From contig JAFZVB010000004.1 in assembly GCA_017618055.1 (NCBI GenBank), positions 28,601 to 92,600 of the forward strand: a stretch of DNA of 64,000 nucleotides. The letters run 5' to 3'. The notes beneath the pieces were generated by a model, which saw only the letters and a list, made by a program, of their open reading frames with translations, made no database searches and had not been told where the DNA came from. How positions within the stretch are numbered: the first letter of the stretch is position 1; each line of letters opens with the position of its first letter. This DNA comes from Clostridia bacterium. Its GTDB lineage: Bacteria > Bacillota > Clostridia > Christensenellales > CAG-917. Below are positions 18,406-27,302 of this stretch, in pieces. The position numbers were made by a program, and so were the translations under genes.

Positions 18406-19734
18406 TTATTTTCCTACACAGAAATTCTTGAATATGCTGTCTACTACATCTTCTGTGACGTTCTTGCCATTAATTTCTCCCAAGCACTCTAGTGCATTTC
18501 TAAGATCTATTAAGATACAGTCTATAGTTGTACTCATATTCTTTAATGCAGACTCGAGATTATCTGCTGCTCTCTTTAATGCGTCTAGGTGTCTTTCGGA
18601 TGTAATTATTTCTCCACCGTCTACTAGTCCGTCTGTATATAGTGAAACTATTGCATGCTTTAATTGTACAATTCCCTCTCCTGTCTTTGCAGAAATGTGG
18701 AATACATTGTCTTCTGCTTCTGGAAGAGATAAGCATTGTGGAGAATCCATTTTGTTATAAACACGGAATACTTTCTTGTTTTCTAATAATTTTTCTAGTT
18801 CTGGGAATGCTGTATTGTCTGTAGAGTCTATTACATATAGAACAAGGTCTGCATTTTCTATGCTTTGCTTTGCTCTTTCTATTCCAATACCTTCTATCTT
18901 CTCATTAGTTTCTCTAATTCCTGCTGTATCTACAAGGTTAATAAGAACTCCGTCTACCTCTATACTTGCCTCGATGGTGTCTCTAGTGGTTCCAGGAACG
19001 TCTGTTACAATTGCCCTGTCTTGTCCTAATAATGCATTAAGAAGTGAGCTCTTGCCTGCGTTAACGTGTCCTGCTATGGCAACAAGAATACCATCTCTTG
19101 CCATTCTTCCACTCTTTGCAGATGCGATAAGTTCATTAACGGATGCGAGTATTGTTGGAACTTCTGTTTTAAGAGCTGGCAAAACTTCATCTTCCATTTC
19201 CTCTGGATAATCTAAAGATGCCTCGAGTGCAGAAATAAGGTCTGTTAATTTGTATGATATTTCATCGATCTTTTTACCAACTAGACCTGTCATGAGGCGG
19301 TATGCAGCTCTAAGTCCTGCTGCACTCTGAGATGAAATCATCTCAGTTACACCTTCTGCGTCTGATAATGACATTCTTCCGTTTATGTATGCTCTCTTTG
19401 TAAATTCTCCAGGTTGAGCAACTCTTGCGCCCTCTTTTACAATACGGTCTACAGCACCTTTCATAATTCTAACTCCACCATGGAGATAGAACTCTATTGT
19501 AGGCTCGCAAGTGAATGCTTTTTCCTTTGGAAAATAAACCATATAACCTTTATCTTTAAAGTCTAAACCAATGAAGGTGCCAAAATGCATCATCAAAGGA
19601 TAAACATCTATATTAAGATATTGTCTTGGTTCAAAAACTTTGTTGGCTATGGAGATAACATCATCTCCGGACATACGAATTATTCCTATGCCACCGGTTC
19701 CAACTGGAGAAGAAATTGCAACTATTGTCTTCAT
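18406..19734 (-). CDS. mnmE: tRNA modification GTPase MnmE (TrmE)
   Basis: G-domain motifs GHVNAGKSSLLNAL, DTAGIR and NKMD; C-terminal FCVGK. I place the start at ATG 19734 (MKTIVAISSPVG), 1 nt after the jag stop. The ORF-track start 19779 would overlap jag by 44 nt. Confidence 0.9.
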   Translation of the reverse strand: MKTIVAISSPVGTGGIGIIRMSGDDVISIANKVFEPRQYLNIDVYPLMMHFGTFIGLDFKDKGYMVYFPKEKAFTCEPTIEFYLHGGVRIMKGAVDRIVKEGARVAQPGEFTKRAYINGRMSLSDAEGVTEMISSQSAAGLRAAYRLMTGLVGKKIDEISYKLTDLISALEASLDYPEEMEDEVLPALKTEVPTILASVNELIASAKSGRMARDGILVAIAGHVNAGKSSLLNALLGQDRAIVTDVPGTTRDTIEASIEVDGVLINLVDTAGIRETNEKIEGIGIERAKQSIENADLVLYVIDSTDNTAFPELEKLLENKKVFRVYNKMDSPQCLSLPEAEDNVFHISAKTGEGIVQLKHAIVSLYTDGLVDGGEIITSERHLDALKRAADNLESALKNMSTTIDCILIDLRNALECLGEINGKNVTEDVVDSIFKNFCVGK

Positions 19735-19735
19735 A

Positions 19736-20557
19736 TTAGAATTTCTTTTGTCCAAAGCTCTTAAATTTAGGAGCTCCATTTGTAGGAGTAGTTGATGGTT
19801 CGATATCTGCGAATGTTCCTCTAAATACTTTTCCGTCTGCTACTTCTTTTTCTGAATCGTTTTGTTTTTTGTTGTTACGATTTCTGTTTTGGTTGTTCTT
19901 TTTATCATGGCGATTATGATCTTCGCCTCTTGCCTTGAATCTTGGTCCAGTAATATCTGTGTTTGGAATTAAGACTACATATCTGTTTGGTTCTTCGCCT
20001 TCACTTTGTGTTTTAACAAGAGTGCTGTCTTGAAGAGCAGTATGTATTGCACGTCTTTCAAATGGGTTCATTGGTTCAAATTCAACTTCTCTACCCATTG
20101 CATATGCTTTGTCTGCCATCTTGAGTGCTAATTGTCCTAAAGTTTTTTCTCTTCTGGAACGATATCCTTCGCAATCTATGGTTAATTTTTTGTAATCATA
20201 GTTGTTTTGGTTTAAGTAACTTAAAAGGATGTATTGGAATGAATCTAATACCTCTCCTCTAAATCCTATAACTGCTGCGCTATCTTTTCCTTCGATAATT
20301 ACTGAAATATCATTGCCTTTTTCGGTTATATTTGCCTTGAGATTTAATCCCATTTTTTCGATCATTCCGTTAGCAAATTCAGTAACAAGCTCAAGAGCTT
20401 GATCTTCAACTGTTACCTTAACCTCGGCTTTATCAAATAAACCACCATTAGAAAGAACCTCTATCTTGGCTTTTTCTTTGGTGGTATTAAGTTGTTCAAG
20501 AGCTATTGCTGTTGCTTCTTCGACTGTAGAAGCTTGAACTGTTGTTGTTTTTGTCAT
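19736..20557 (-). CDS. jag: Jag/KhpB-type RNA-binding protein (Jag_N + KH + R3H) with basic C-terminal tail
   Basis: 273 aa in the conserved position after yidC. The R3H block is FEPMNPFERRAIHTAL. An extra tail of about 70 aa is rich in N/K/R. Confidence 0.8.
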   Translation of the reverse strand: MTKTTTVQASTVEEATAIALEQLNTTKEKAKIEVLSNGGLFDKAEVKVTVEDQALELVTEFANGMIEKMGLNLKANITEKGNDISVIIEGKDSAAVIGFRGEVLDSFQYILLSYLNQNNYDYKKLTIDCEGYRSRREKTLGQLALKMADKAYAMGREVEFEPMNPFERRAIHTALQDSTLVKTQSEGEEPNRYVVLIPNTDITGPRFKARGEDHNRHDKKNNQNRNRNNKKQNDSEKEVADGKVFRGTFADIEPSTTPTNGAPKFKSFGQKKF

Positions 20558-20580
20558 AAGATATACCTTTTCTTTTTGTC

Positions 20581-21855
20581 TTACTCTTTCTTTGACTTAA
20601 AGCTTATTGGTGCAGCCTCTCCCCTTTTAAGATCTACTAAATATCCTATACCGTTAAACGCTAATTGGAATGTAATTGCCATTAACGAACTTACGAACAT
20701 ATATATTGTAAAGGCACCGGAATACAAGAGAGCAAATACACCTATCATGATAGGCATAAAGTATTGCATCATCTTCATTGTGCCTTGATTAGAACCTGCG
20801 GTTTGAGCTGGTGGTTGTCCTTGTGACTTTTGTGTTAAGAACTGAGATAAGAAACCTACTACGATTGAAAGTATTGGTAATAATAATAAACCATTCCACT
20901 TTCCGTTCTTTCCCCATCCACCTGTGCCAATAACTTTGGCCATAATTGTGTTATATTCATCTGCAGTGAAACCAACTACACGAGCTGTTGCAAAACCACT
21001 CTGTCCTGTAATAGATGTATAATCTGGAACAGCTGTCTTCCAACCGTCTTGGACGAAAATGTTATTAATGAGATATCTATCTGCACTTCCAACATATATC
21101 CATCCTCTCATTGCACGTGCTTCTTTTGAGTTGTAATAATCTGCTACTGCGTTTTGTCCTTGGATTACTGCATAATCTGCTGCTTTAGCGATCTTATTAA
21201 GATCTTGGCCTGCATTTGCAACCACTATACCATCTTCTTGAATTGAATATGCAACTGACTCTGCATCATACTGTTCTTTCAATGTTGCATTGTATTCCTC
21301 GTTGTATACGTCTCTACATGCTTGGTAGTCTCTTGCATATTGATATCCAACCATATCTCTGAATCCAGCAAAGACTAGGAAGAAGACTACAAGTGTTAAA
21401 ATTGTTGGCAAACAAGCACCGAGCATTGAATAGTGCTCTTTCTTATATAATTGTTGTTGCTCCATTTGCAAACGTTGCTTATCTTCTCCATATTTTGCTT
21501 GCAAAGCTTCTAGTTGAGGTTTCATTCTCTTCATAGCTTTTGCATTTCTTCTTGCAACTATCTTTTGCCAAATATCTAATGGTGAAAGGATTAATCTCAA
21601 AATAATAGTGAAAACAACTACGGTCCATCCGAAGTTTCCTACTTTGTCATTAAGACCAATAAGAGCTTTACGAATGAAGCCAGTTAATGAGGAAGATGCG
21701 GATGATGTAATTTCATCTACATTTTGAACATTGCTTAAATCATATGTTCCACTATTGTTATTACAGGCAGTAAACACAAATAATGACAAGACGATTATAA
21801 TCGCTACTAGCCAAATCTTTATGAAAGTTTTGTGTCTATAATCTAAACGAGCCAT
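20581..21855 (-). CDS. yidC: membrane protein insertase YidC/Oxa1 family (lipoprotein type)
   Basis: 424 aa with lipobox FVFTAC-NNN and the conserved YidC core (LSPLDIWQ..., MKRMKPQLEALQAKY). A long extracytoplasmic insertion sits between core helices. Confidence 0.9.
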   Translation of the reverse strand: MARLDYRHKTFIKIWLVAIIIVLSLFVFTACNNNSGTYDLSNVQNVDEITSSASSSLTGFIRKALIGLNDKVGNFGWTVVVFTIILRLILSPLDIWQKIVARRNAKAMKRMKPQLEALQAKYGEDKQRLQMEQQQLYKKEHYSMLGACLPTILTLVVFFLVFAGFRDMVGYQYARDYQACRDVYNEEYNATLKEQYDAESVAYSIQEDGIVVANAGQDLNKIAKAADYAVIQGQNAVADYYNSKEARAMRGWIYVGSADRYLINNIFVQDGWKTAVPDYTSITGQSGFATARVVGFTADEYNTIMAKVIGTGGWGKNGKWNGLLLLPILSIVVGFLSQFLTQKSQGQPPAQTAGSNQGTMKMMQYFMPIMIGVFALLYSGAFTIYMFVSSLMAITFQLAFNGIGYLVDLKRGEAAPISFKSKKE

Positions 21856-22109
21856 CTAATTTTTCCTTTATAATTTTCACGTACCGGATCAAAGGACCCT
21901 TCTCTAAACGGATTACAGCGGAGTATTCTTAATGTGCCTAATGCTATTCCGGCAACTACTCCCCAACGTTTGATTGCATCATAAGCATACATTGAACATG
22001 TGGGTGTACTTGGACATCTTCCGATATATGGTGAAAGGTGGCGTTTGTAAAACAAAATCATCGCCAAGAATGGACTACGATAACTTATTTTCCTGATTTT
22101 TTTTCGCAT
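21843..22109 (-). CDS. yidD: membrane protein insertion efficiency factor YidD
   Basis: 88 aa with the signature YKRHLSPYIGRCPSTPTCSMYAYDAIKRWG. Overlaps yidC by 13 nt and rnpA by 35 nt. An alternative internal start is at 22061. Confidence 0.85.
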   Translation of the reverse strand: MRKKIRKISYRSPFLAMILFYKRHLSPYIGRCPSTPTCSMYAYDAIKRWGVVAGIALGTLRILRCNPFREGSFDPVRENYKGKIRWLV

Positions 22110-22422
22110 TATCGAATACCAATTTCACTTCTTCTTCTAATTCTTGAAATGAGCGCTCAGCAATAGAATCTTTTGTGATAAATACGTAGAAATAATCTTT
22201 GTTTAAGGTTGGAATCAATTCTGTGACAATAACTCTTAATCTTCTTTTGATTTTATTTCTTACAACAGCTTTTCCACATTTCTTGGATACTGAGAATCCA
22301 ATCTTTAATCCTTCTTTAGATGGTGCTGTTACTAATACAAAGTCTTTTGCAGGAAATCTGATTCCTTTATTAAATACGTACTTAAACGTCCCTTCTTTTT
22401 TTAATCTGAAACGCCTTTCCAT
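22075..22422 (-). CDS. rnpA: ribonuclease P protein component
   Basis: 115 aa, basic, in the conserved position downstream of rpmH (RLKKEGTFKYVF..., AVVRNKIKRRLR). Confidence 0.9.
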   Translation of the reverse strand: MERRFRLKKEGTFKYVFNKGIRFPAKDFVLVTAPSKEGLKIGFSVSKKCGKAVVRNKIKRRLRVIVTELIPTLNKDYFYVFITKDSIAERSFQELEEEVKLVFDNAKKNQENKLS

Positions 22423-22438
22423 CCACTAATGTCTGCTA

Positions 22439-22579
22439 TTAGATTGTGAGGTTCTTTCTGCCTTTTGCTCTACGTCTCTTAAGAACGTTTCTTCCGCTCT
22501 TTGTTTTCATACGTGCTCTAAAACCATGAACGCCTTGGTTCTTTCTGTTGTGTGGTTTGTAAGTAATTCCTTGATACAT
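22439..22579 (-). CDS. rpmH: 50S ribosomal protein L34
   Basis: Below the ORF-track size cutoff. My translation is [46 protein letters not shown] (46 aa), the canonical L34 pattern, with SD AAGGAG upstream. Confidence 0.95.
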   Translation of the reverse strand: MYQGITYKPHNRKNQGVHGFRARMKTKSGRNVLKRRRAKGRKNLTI

Positions 22580-22657
22580 TTTTCTATCTCCTTCTTGAAT
22601 TGCCTTTTGGGCTTCTTATTATGCTTGTATATGTGCGTATAAAATATATGCTCAATT

Positions 22658-22686
22658 ATTATAAAGGTACTAATATTTTTAGTCAA
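22658..22686 (-). promoter_or_regulatory. rpmH operon promoter
   Basis: Minus strand: TTGACT (22686-22681), 17-nt spacer, TATAAT (22663-22658). Confidence 0.6.
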
Positions 22687-22701
22687 ACGAAAAAAATTAA
22701 A

Positions 22702-22733
22702 CAAAAAAGCCATGCGTAGATATGGGCATGGCT
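22702..22733 (-). terminator. rho-independent terminator after argS
   Basis: Minus strand: AGCCATGC, 10-nt loop, GCATGGC(T), followed by a T-run. Confidence 0.7.
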
Positions 22734-22770
22734 AATGGTTGTACCACATTGTATTGTGTTTTTGGGTGTT

Positions 22771-24447
22771 TTACATCACCTCTGGAGCATCTATTCCTAG
22801 CAATGTTAATCCTTCTTTAATAACTTTTGCTGTTAAAGATACGAGGGCTAATCTTGCCTTCTTAATGTTTTCCTCTTGGTCTATGATTCTATGGTCTATA
22901 TAGAAACGGTTGAATTTGCCAACCAAGTTCATTATGTGTCTTGAAACGATGTATGGCTCTCTTGCAAGAGCTGCATTTTGTACTTCGTCTTTGAAGTTAA
23001 GGATGGACTTAACTATGTCATATGATTCTTCATCTGTGATAAGAGATGCATCTATGTTGTCTAGTTTTATATCCACCGCTTTTCTAAGTATGGATTTACA
23101 TCTTGCATAGGCATATTGGATGTATGGTGCAGTCTCTCCATCAAAATTCAAAACCTTGTCATATGAGAAAGCGATGTCTTTTATTCTTTGGTTGTATAAA
23201 ACTGAGAATACAACTGAGCCAATTCCAACACTTTCCGCCACTTTTTCTTTGCCTTCAAGATCTGGGTTTTTCTCATTGATAATTGCTCTTGCTTTTTCTA
23301 CCGCTTGATCTAAAACATCCTTAAGCCAAACGACTCTTCCTTCCCTTGTAGACATGGCTCCATCTTCAAGAGAAACCATACCAAATGCGATGTGTTCACA
23401 ATCTGCGTATTTTGCAAAACCCATAAGTTCAAGTACCTTAAATATCTGTTTAAAGTGTAGATTCTGCTGATACGCAACAACATAAAGGTTTTTGTAAAAG
23501 TCATATTCTTTGGCTCTATAATAGGCACAAGCTATGTCTCTTGTGGCATATAAAGTAGCACCATCTGAACGTACTAAAAGGCATGGCGGCATACCATATT
23601 CTGATAGGTCTACAATCTGTGCACCATCAGATTCGATAAGCAATTTCTTGTCTTTTAATATGTCTAAACAAGCCTCCATTTTATCGTTGTAAAAAGCCTC
23701 TCCATTATAGCTGTCGAACTTGATTTTTAGTCTGTCATAAACCTTTCCAACTTCTTCAAGAGTTATCTTTTTGAAGACTTCATAATACTTGATTGCATCT
23801 GCATCACCATCTTCAATCTTCTTAAATTCTGCCCTTGCTTCATCCTCATATTCTGGATGATCTTTTGCTTCTTGGTGGAATCTAACATACAATCCATTTA
23901 AGAATACAATACCGTTTTGTTGTACTTCTTCGAGAGAACTCCACTTCTTTGTAGCAACAATAAGTTTACCAAATTGTGTACCCCAATCTCCTAAATGGTT
24001 AACACCTACAACATTGTATCCTAGGTGTTTAAAGATTCTATATAGTGCTCCACCAATAACTGTGGAAGATAAATGTCCGATATGGAATGGCTTTGCAATA
24101 TTAACTGAGGAATAGTCTATTGTTATTGTTTTTCCATTTCCTTCATTAGACTGAGCTATGTTTTCTTTATTTAAATTAGTAAGAGCTATTTTTGCCATCT
24201 CTTCTCTATTGAATCTTATATTTACATATCCGTTCACAACCTCTACATTGCTCACAAACGCTTCTTCATTAATAATTGGTGCCAGTTCTTCGGCAATGAG
24301 TTGTGGTGCCTTATGCATCGTTTTGGCAAGTCTAAAACATGGTAGAGCCAAATCTCCCATCTTTGAATCCTTTGGTTTTTCAAATAAAGATTCAACTTCT
24401 TGTCCCGTTTTAGTTAAGATAGCACTTGCTAGTTCTTTTTCGTACAT
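22771..24447 (-). CDS. argS: arginine--tRNA ligase
   Basis: 558 aa with the class-I HIGH variant PFHIGHL and the family-typical C-terminal anticodon-binding domain ending ...GIDAPEVM. Confidence 0.95.
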   Translation of the reverse strand: MYEKELASAILTKTGQEVESLFEKPKDSKMGDLALPCFRLAKTMHKAPQLIAEELAPIINEEAFVSNVEVVNGYVNIRFNREEMAKIALTNLNKENIAQSNEGNGKTITIDYSSVNIAKPFHIGHLSSTVIGGALYRIFKHLGYNVVGVNHLGDWGTQFGKLIVATKKWSSLEEVQQNGIVFLNGLYVRFHQEAKDHPEYEDEARAEFKKIEDGDADAIKYYEVFKKITLEEVGKVYDRLKIKFDSYNGEAFYNDKMEACLDILKDKKLLIESDGAQIVDLSEYGMPPCLLVRSDGATLYATRDIACAYYRAKEYDFYKNLYVVAYQQNLHFKQIFKVLELMGFAKYADCEHIAFGMVSLEDGAMSTREGRVVWLKDVLDQAVEKARAIINEKNPDLEGKEKVAESVGIGSVVFSVLYNQRIKDIAFSYDKVLNFDGETAPYIQYAYARCKSILRKAVDIKLDNIDASLITDEESYDIVKSILNFKDEVQNAALAREPYIVSRHIMNLVGKFNRFYIDHRIIDQEENIKKARLALVSLTAKVIKEGLTLLGIDAPEVM

Positions 24448-24456
24448 AGTATTTCC

Positions 24457-25539
24457 TCAAACATTAAATCTAAATAAAACTACATCATTTTCTTGCATTA
24501 CGTAGTCTTTACCTTCACTTCTTACTTTGCCCTTCTCTTTAGCAGCATTAAATGAACCACATTCTAGTAATACATCATAGTCTACTATTTCAGCACGGAT
24601 AAAGCCCTTTTCAAAATCCGTATGGATTTTGCCTGCTGCTTGTGGTGCTTTAGTTCCTTTAACAATTGTCCATGCTCTGGTCTCTTTTTCACCTGCTGTA
24701 AGGTAGCTTATTAATCCAAGAAGTTTATAAGATGCTTTTACGAGTTTGTCTAAGCCACTTTCTGTAAGATTGTAATCTGCCGCAAACATCTCTCTGTCTT
24801 CATCACTCATTTGTGCTAAGTCTTCTTCAAGTTTTGCACAAAGAACAATACATCCGGCACCTTCTGCTTTAGCAATTTCTTCAACTTCTTTTGTATATGC
24901 ATTTCCATCTAAGGAATTTTCATCTACATTAGCAACATAAATAACTGGCTTGCTTGTTAAGAAGAAGTTTTCATCTATAAATGCCTTTTGTTCTTCGTCT
25001 GCATCAAAGGTTCTAATTGGATTGCCATCTTCTAGATGTTTCTTTAATGCTTTAAGAAGTTCAACATCTGCCATCTTATTCTTGTCTGCTTTTGCAAGAG
25101 ATTCTGCCTTCCCCATTCTCTTGTCTATTGTCTCTAGATCTGCAAATATTAACTCATAGTTAATAGTTTCGATATCTCTCTTTGGAGATACGTTGCCATC
25201 TACGTGTGTAATATTCTCGTCATCAAAACATCTAACTACATGAACAATAGCATCTGTTTCTCTAATATGAGATAAGAATTTATTGCCTAAACCTTCTCCT
25301 CTGCTTGCGCCTTTAACCAATCCAGCAATGTCTACAAACGTAAGCATTGTTGGGGTTATTTTCTTTGAATTATATAATGCTGCTAGTTTATCTAGTCTTT
25401 CATCTGGAACAGGAACAACACCTTTGTTAGGTTCGATTGTACAGAAAGGATAGTTTTCTGCTGCTATTCCTGCTTTGGTTATTGCATTAAATAGTGTTGA
25501 TTTACCGACATTTGGTAATCCTACTACGCCTAATTCCAT
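24457..25539 (-). CDS. ychF: ribosome-binding ATPase YchF
   Basis: 360 aa with P-loop GLPNVGKSTLFNA and a C-terminal TGS-like end (...NDVVLFRFNV). Confidence 0.95.
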   Translation of the reverse strand: MELGVVGLPNVGKSTLFNAITKAGIAAENYPFCTIEPNKGVVPVPDERLDKLAALYNSKKITPTMLTFVDIAGLVKGASRGEGLGNKFLSHIRETDAIVHVVRCFDDENITHVDGNVSPKRDIETINYELIFADLETIDKRMGKAESLAKADKNKMADVELLKALKKHLEDGNPIRTFDADEEQKAFIDENFFLTSKPVIYVANVDENSLDGNAYTKEVEEIAKAEGAGCIVLCAKLEEDLAQMSDEDREMFAADYNLTESGLDKLVKASYKLLGLISYLTAGEKETRAWTIVKGTKAPQAAGKIHTDFEKGFIRAEIVDYDVLLECGSFNAAKEKGKVRSEGKDYVMQENDVVLFRFNV

Positions 25540-25553
25540 ATTGTCTCCAAATA

Positions 25554-27224
25554 TTATTTATTTTTGGTTAAGTATACGTGTGTTTCGTATGGACGGAGTT
25601 TGTCTCCCATTCCTTCATAGTTTGCAAGTATTTCTTGTGCGCCTTCTGGAATGAACTTCTTTACTTTCTTGGAAGCAACTTCTTTTTCGGATAAGTTAAT
25701 AACAACTGTTAACTTGTTTTCTTCGCCGATTTTGTCGTAGACAAAGAGTTGCTTGTCTCCCTTTAAATAAAGCTTGAATTGTCCATATATTGCTGCATCT
25801 TTATATTGCTTTCTTAATGCTATTACTTTCTTGTAATAATTTAAGATTGAATCTGGATCTTTTTGTGCAGCTTCTACGTTTACTTCTTTATAGTTAGGGT
25901 TAATTAAATACCATGGCTTTGCATCTGGAGTTGTAAATCCAGCATTTGCCTCTGCACTCCATTGAACTGGTGTACGTGCATTATCTCTTGCAGCATACTT
26001 AGCCATTTTGAGTATTTTCTTATCACTAAATATCTTTAATTTCTTGAGTAAACTCTTTGTTGAGAATGTGGATACATCTACAAAGTCATCCCAAGTCTCA
26101 AATGGATAGTCTACCATACCAATTTCTTGTCCTTGGTATATAAATTGTGTTCCAGATAAGAAGGAATACATTGTTGCAAGTGCTTTTCCACTTTCTACTC
26201 TGTATTTTAATGAACCATATCTTGAGATATTTCTTGGTTGGTCATGGTTTTCGATATAGTTTGCATTCCAACCTTTGTCATATAACATTGTTTGCCAGTT
26301 GTTATAGACTTTCTTTAACTTCTTAAGATTGAATCCTGTGTGAATCCAGCTAATGAATAAGCAGTCTGCTTCCATATGTTGGAAACCGAACATCATATCT
26401 AGAACTTTATCGTCTCCGTCTGAGATATATAATAATGCTTTTTTAGGAGTCATCATTGGAGCTTCACCAACTTGCATACAGTCATAGTCTTTTGTTACTT
26501 GTCTGTACTCAGTTAAGTATTTTAAGAGGTTTGGTCCTTGCATATAGTGCTCCATTCCTCTCATTGCTGGTAGCCAAATACCGTTTGGAAGACCTTCTCT
26601 CTTGGAAATCATGGTAATAACGTCTTCTCTGAATCCGTCTACTCCCATATCTAGCCAATATCTCATAATCTTCTTAACTTCTTCTCTAACAGCTGGATTA
26701 TCATGGTTTAGATCTGGTTGCTCAACTGCGAATAAGTGAAGATAATATTCACCTCTTTGTTCGTTGTATGTCCAACCATCTCCTGGGAATGTTGCCATCC
26801 AGTTATTTGGGAACTTCTTTCCGTCTTTTCCTCTACCTGGTCTCCAAATATAATAATCCTTATATTGTGGATCTCCTGCTGCTGATTTCTTAAACCATTC
26901 ACATTGATCTGATGTATGGTTGATAACTAAGTCCATAATAACTTTAATGCCTCTTTCGTGTGCTCCAGCTAATACTTCCTTAAATTCATCCAATGTTCCA
27001 TACTCTGGATTAATGTTGTAATAGTCTGCGATATCATAACCATAGTCTGCTTGTGGAGATACATACAAAGGTGAGAACCATATAGCATCTGCACCTAGTT
27101 CTTTAATGTAGTCCAACTTAGATAAAATACCCTTTAAGTCACCTATTCCATCTCCGTTTCCGTCCTTAAAAGAACGTGGCCAAATCTGGAATACTGTCAT
27201 CTCTCTAAACCATGTTTTTTCCAT
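25554..27224 (-). CDS. GH13 alpha-glucosidase / oligo-1,6-glucosidase
   Basis: GH13 conserved regions DLVINHTS, GVDGFREDV, VGEAPMM and YIENHDQPR. The ORF-track start 27236 is a TTG. ATG 27224 (MEKTWF...) has GGAG 7 nt upstream, so I prefer it. Confidence 0.85.
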   Translation of the reverse strand: MEKTWFREMTVFQIWPRSFKDGNGDGIGDLKGILSKLDYIKELGADAIWFSPLYVSPQADYGYDIADYYNINPEYGTLDEFKEVLAGAHERGIKVIMDLVINHTSDQCEWFKKSAAGDPQYKDYYIWRPGRGKDGKKFPNNWMATFPGDGWTYNEQRGEYYLHLFAVEQPDLNHDNPAVREEVKKIMRYWLDMGVDGFREDVITMISKREGLPNGIWLPAMRGMEHYMQGPNLLKYLTEYRQVTKDYDCMQVGEAPMMTPKKALLYISDGDDKVLDMMFGFQHMEADCLFISWIHTGFNLKKLKKVYNNWQTMLYDKGWNANYIENHDQPRNISRYGSLKYRVESGKALATMYSFLSGTQFIYQGQEIGMVDYPFETWDDFVDVSTFSTKSLLKKLKIFSDKKILKMAKYAARDNARTPVQWSAEANAGFTTPDAKPWYLINPNYKEVNVEAAQKDPDSILNYYKKVIALRKQYKDAAIYGQFKLYLKGDKQLFVYDKIGEENKLTVVINLSEKEVASKKVKKFIPEGAQEILANYEGMGDKLRPYETHVYLTKNK

Positions 27225-27302
27225 AATAAACTCCAATTTTCTCCCTTATTTTTATTTATTGTTAAAACGATGTCATTTTACAAAACAGATATTTAACGTA
27301 TA

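Noticed and set aside
22507-22713. 68-aa minus-strand ORF
   Set aside because: It overlaps rpmH out of frame and spans the rpmH SD and promoter. rpmH (46 aa, canonical L34 sequence) explains the region.
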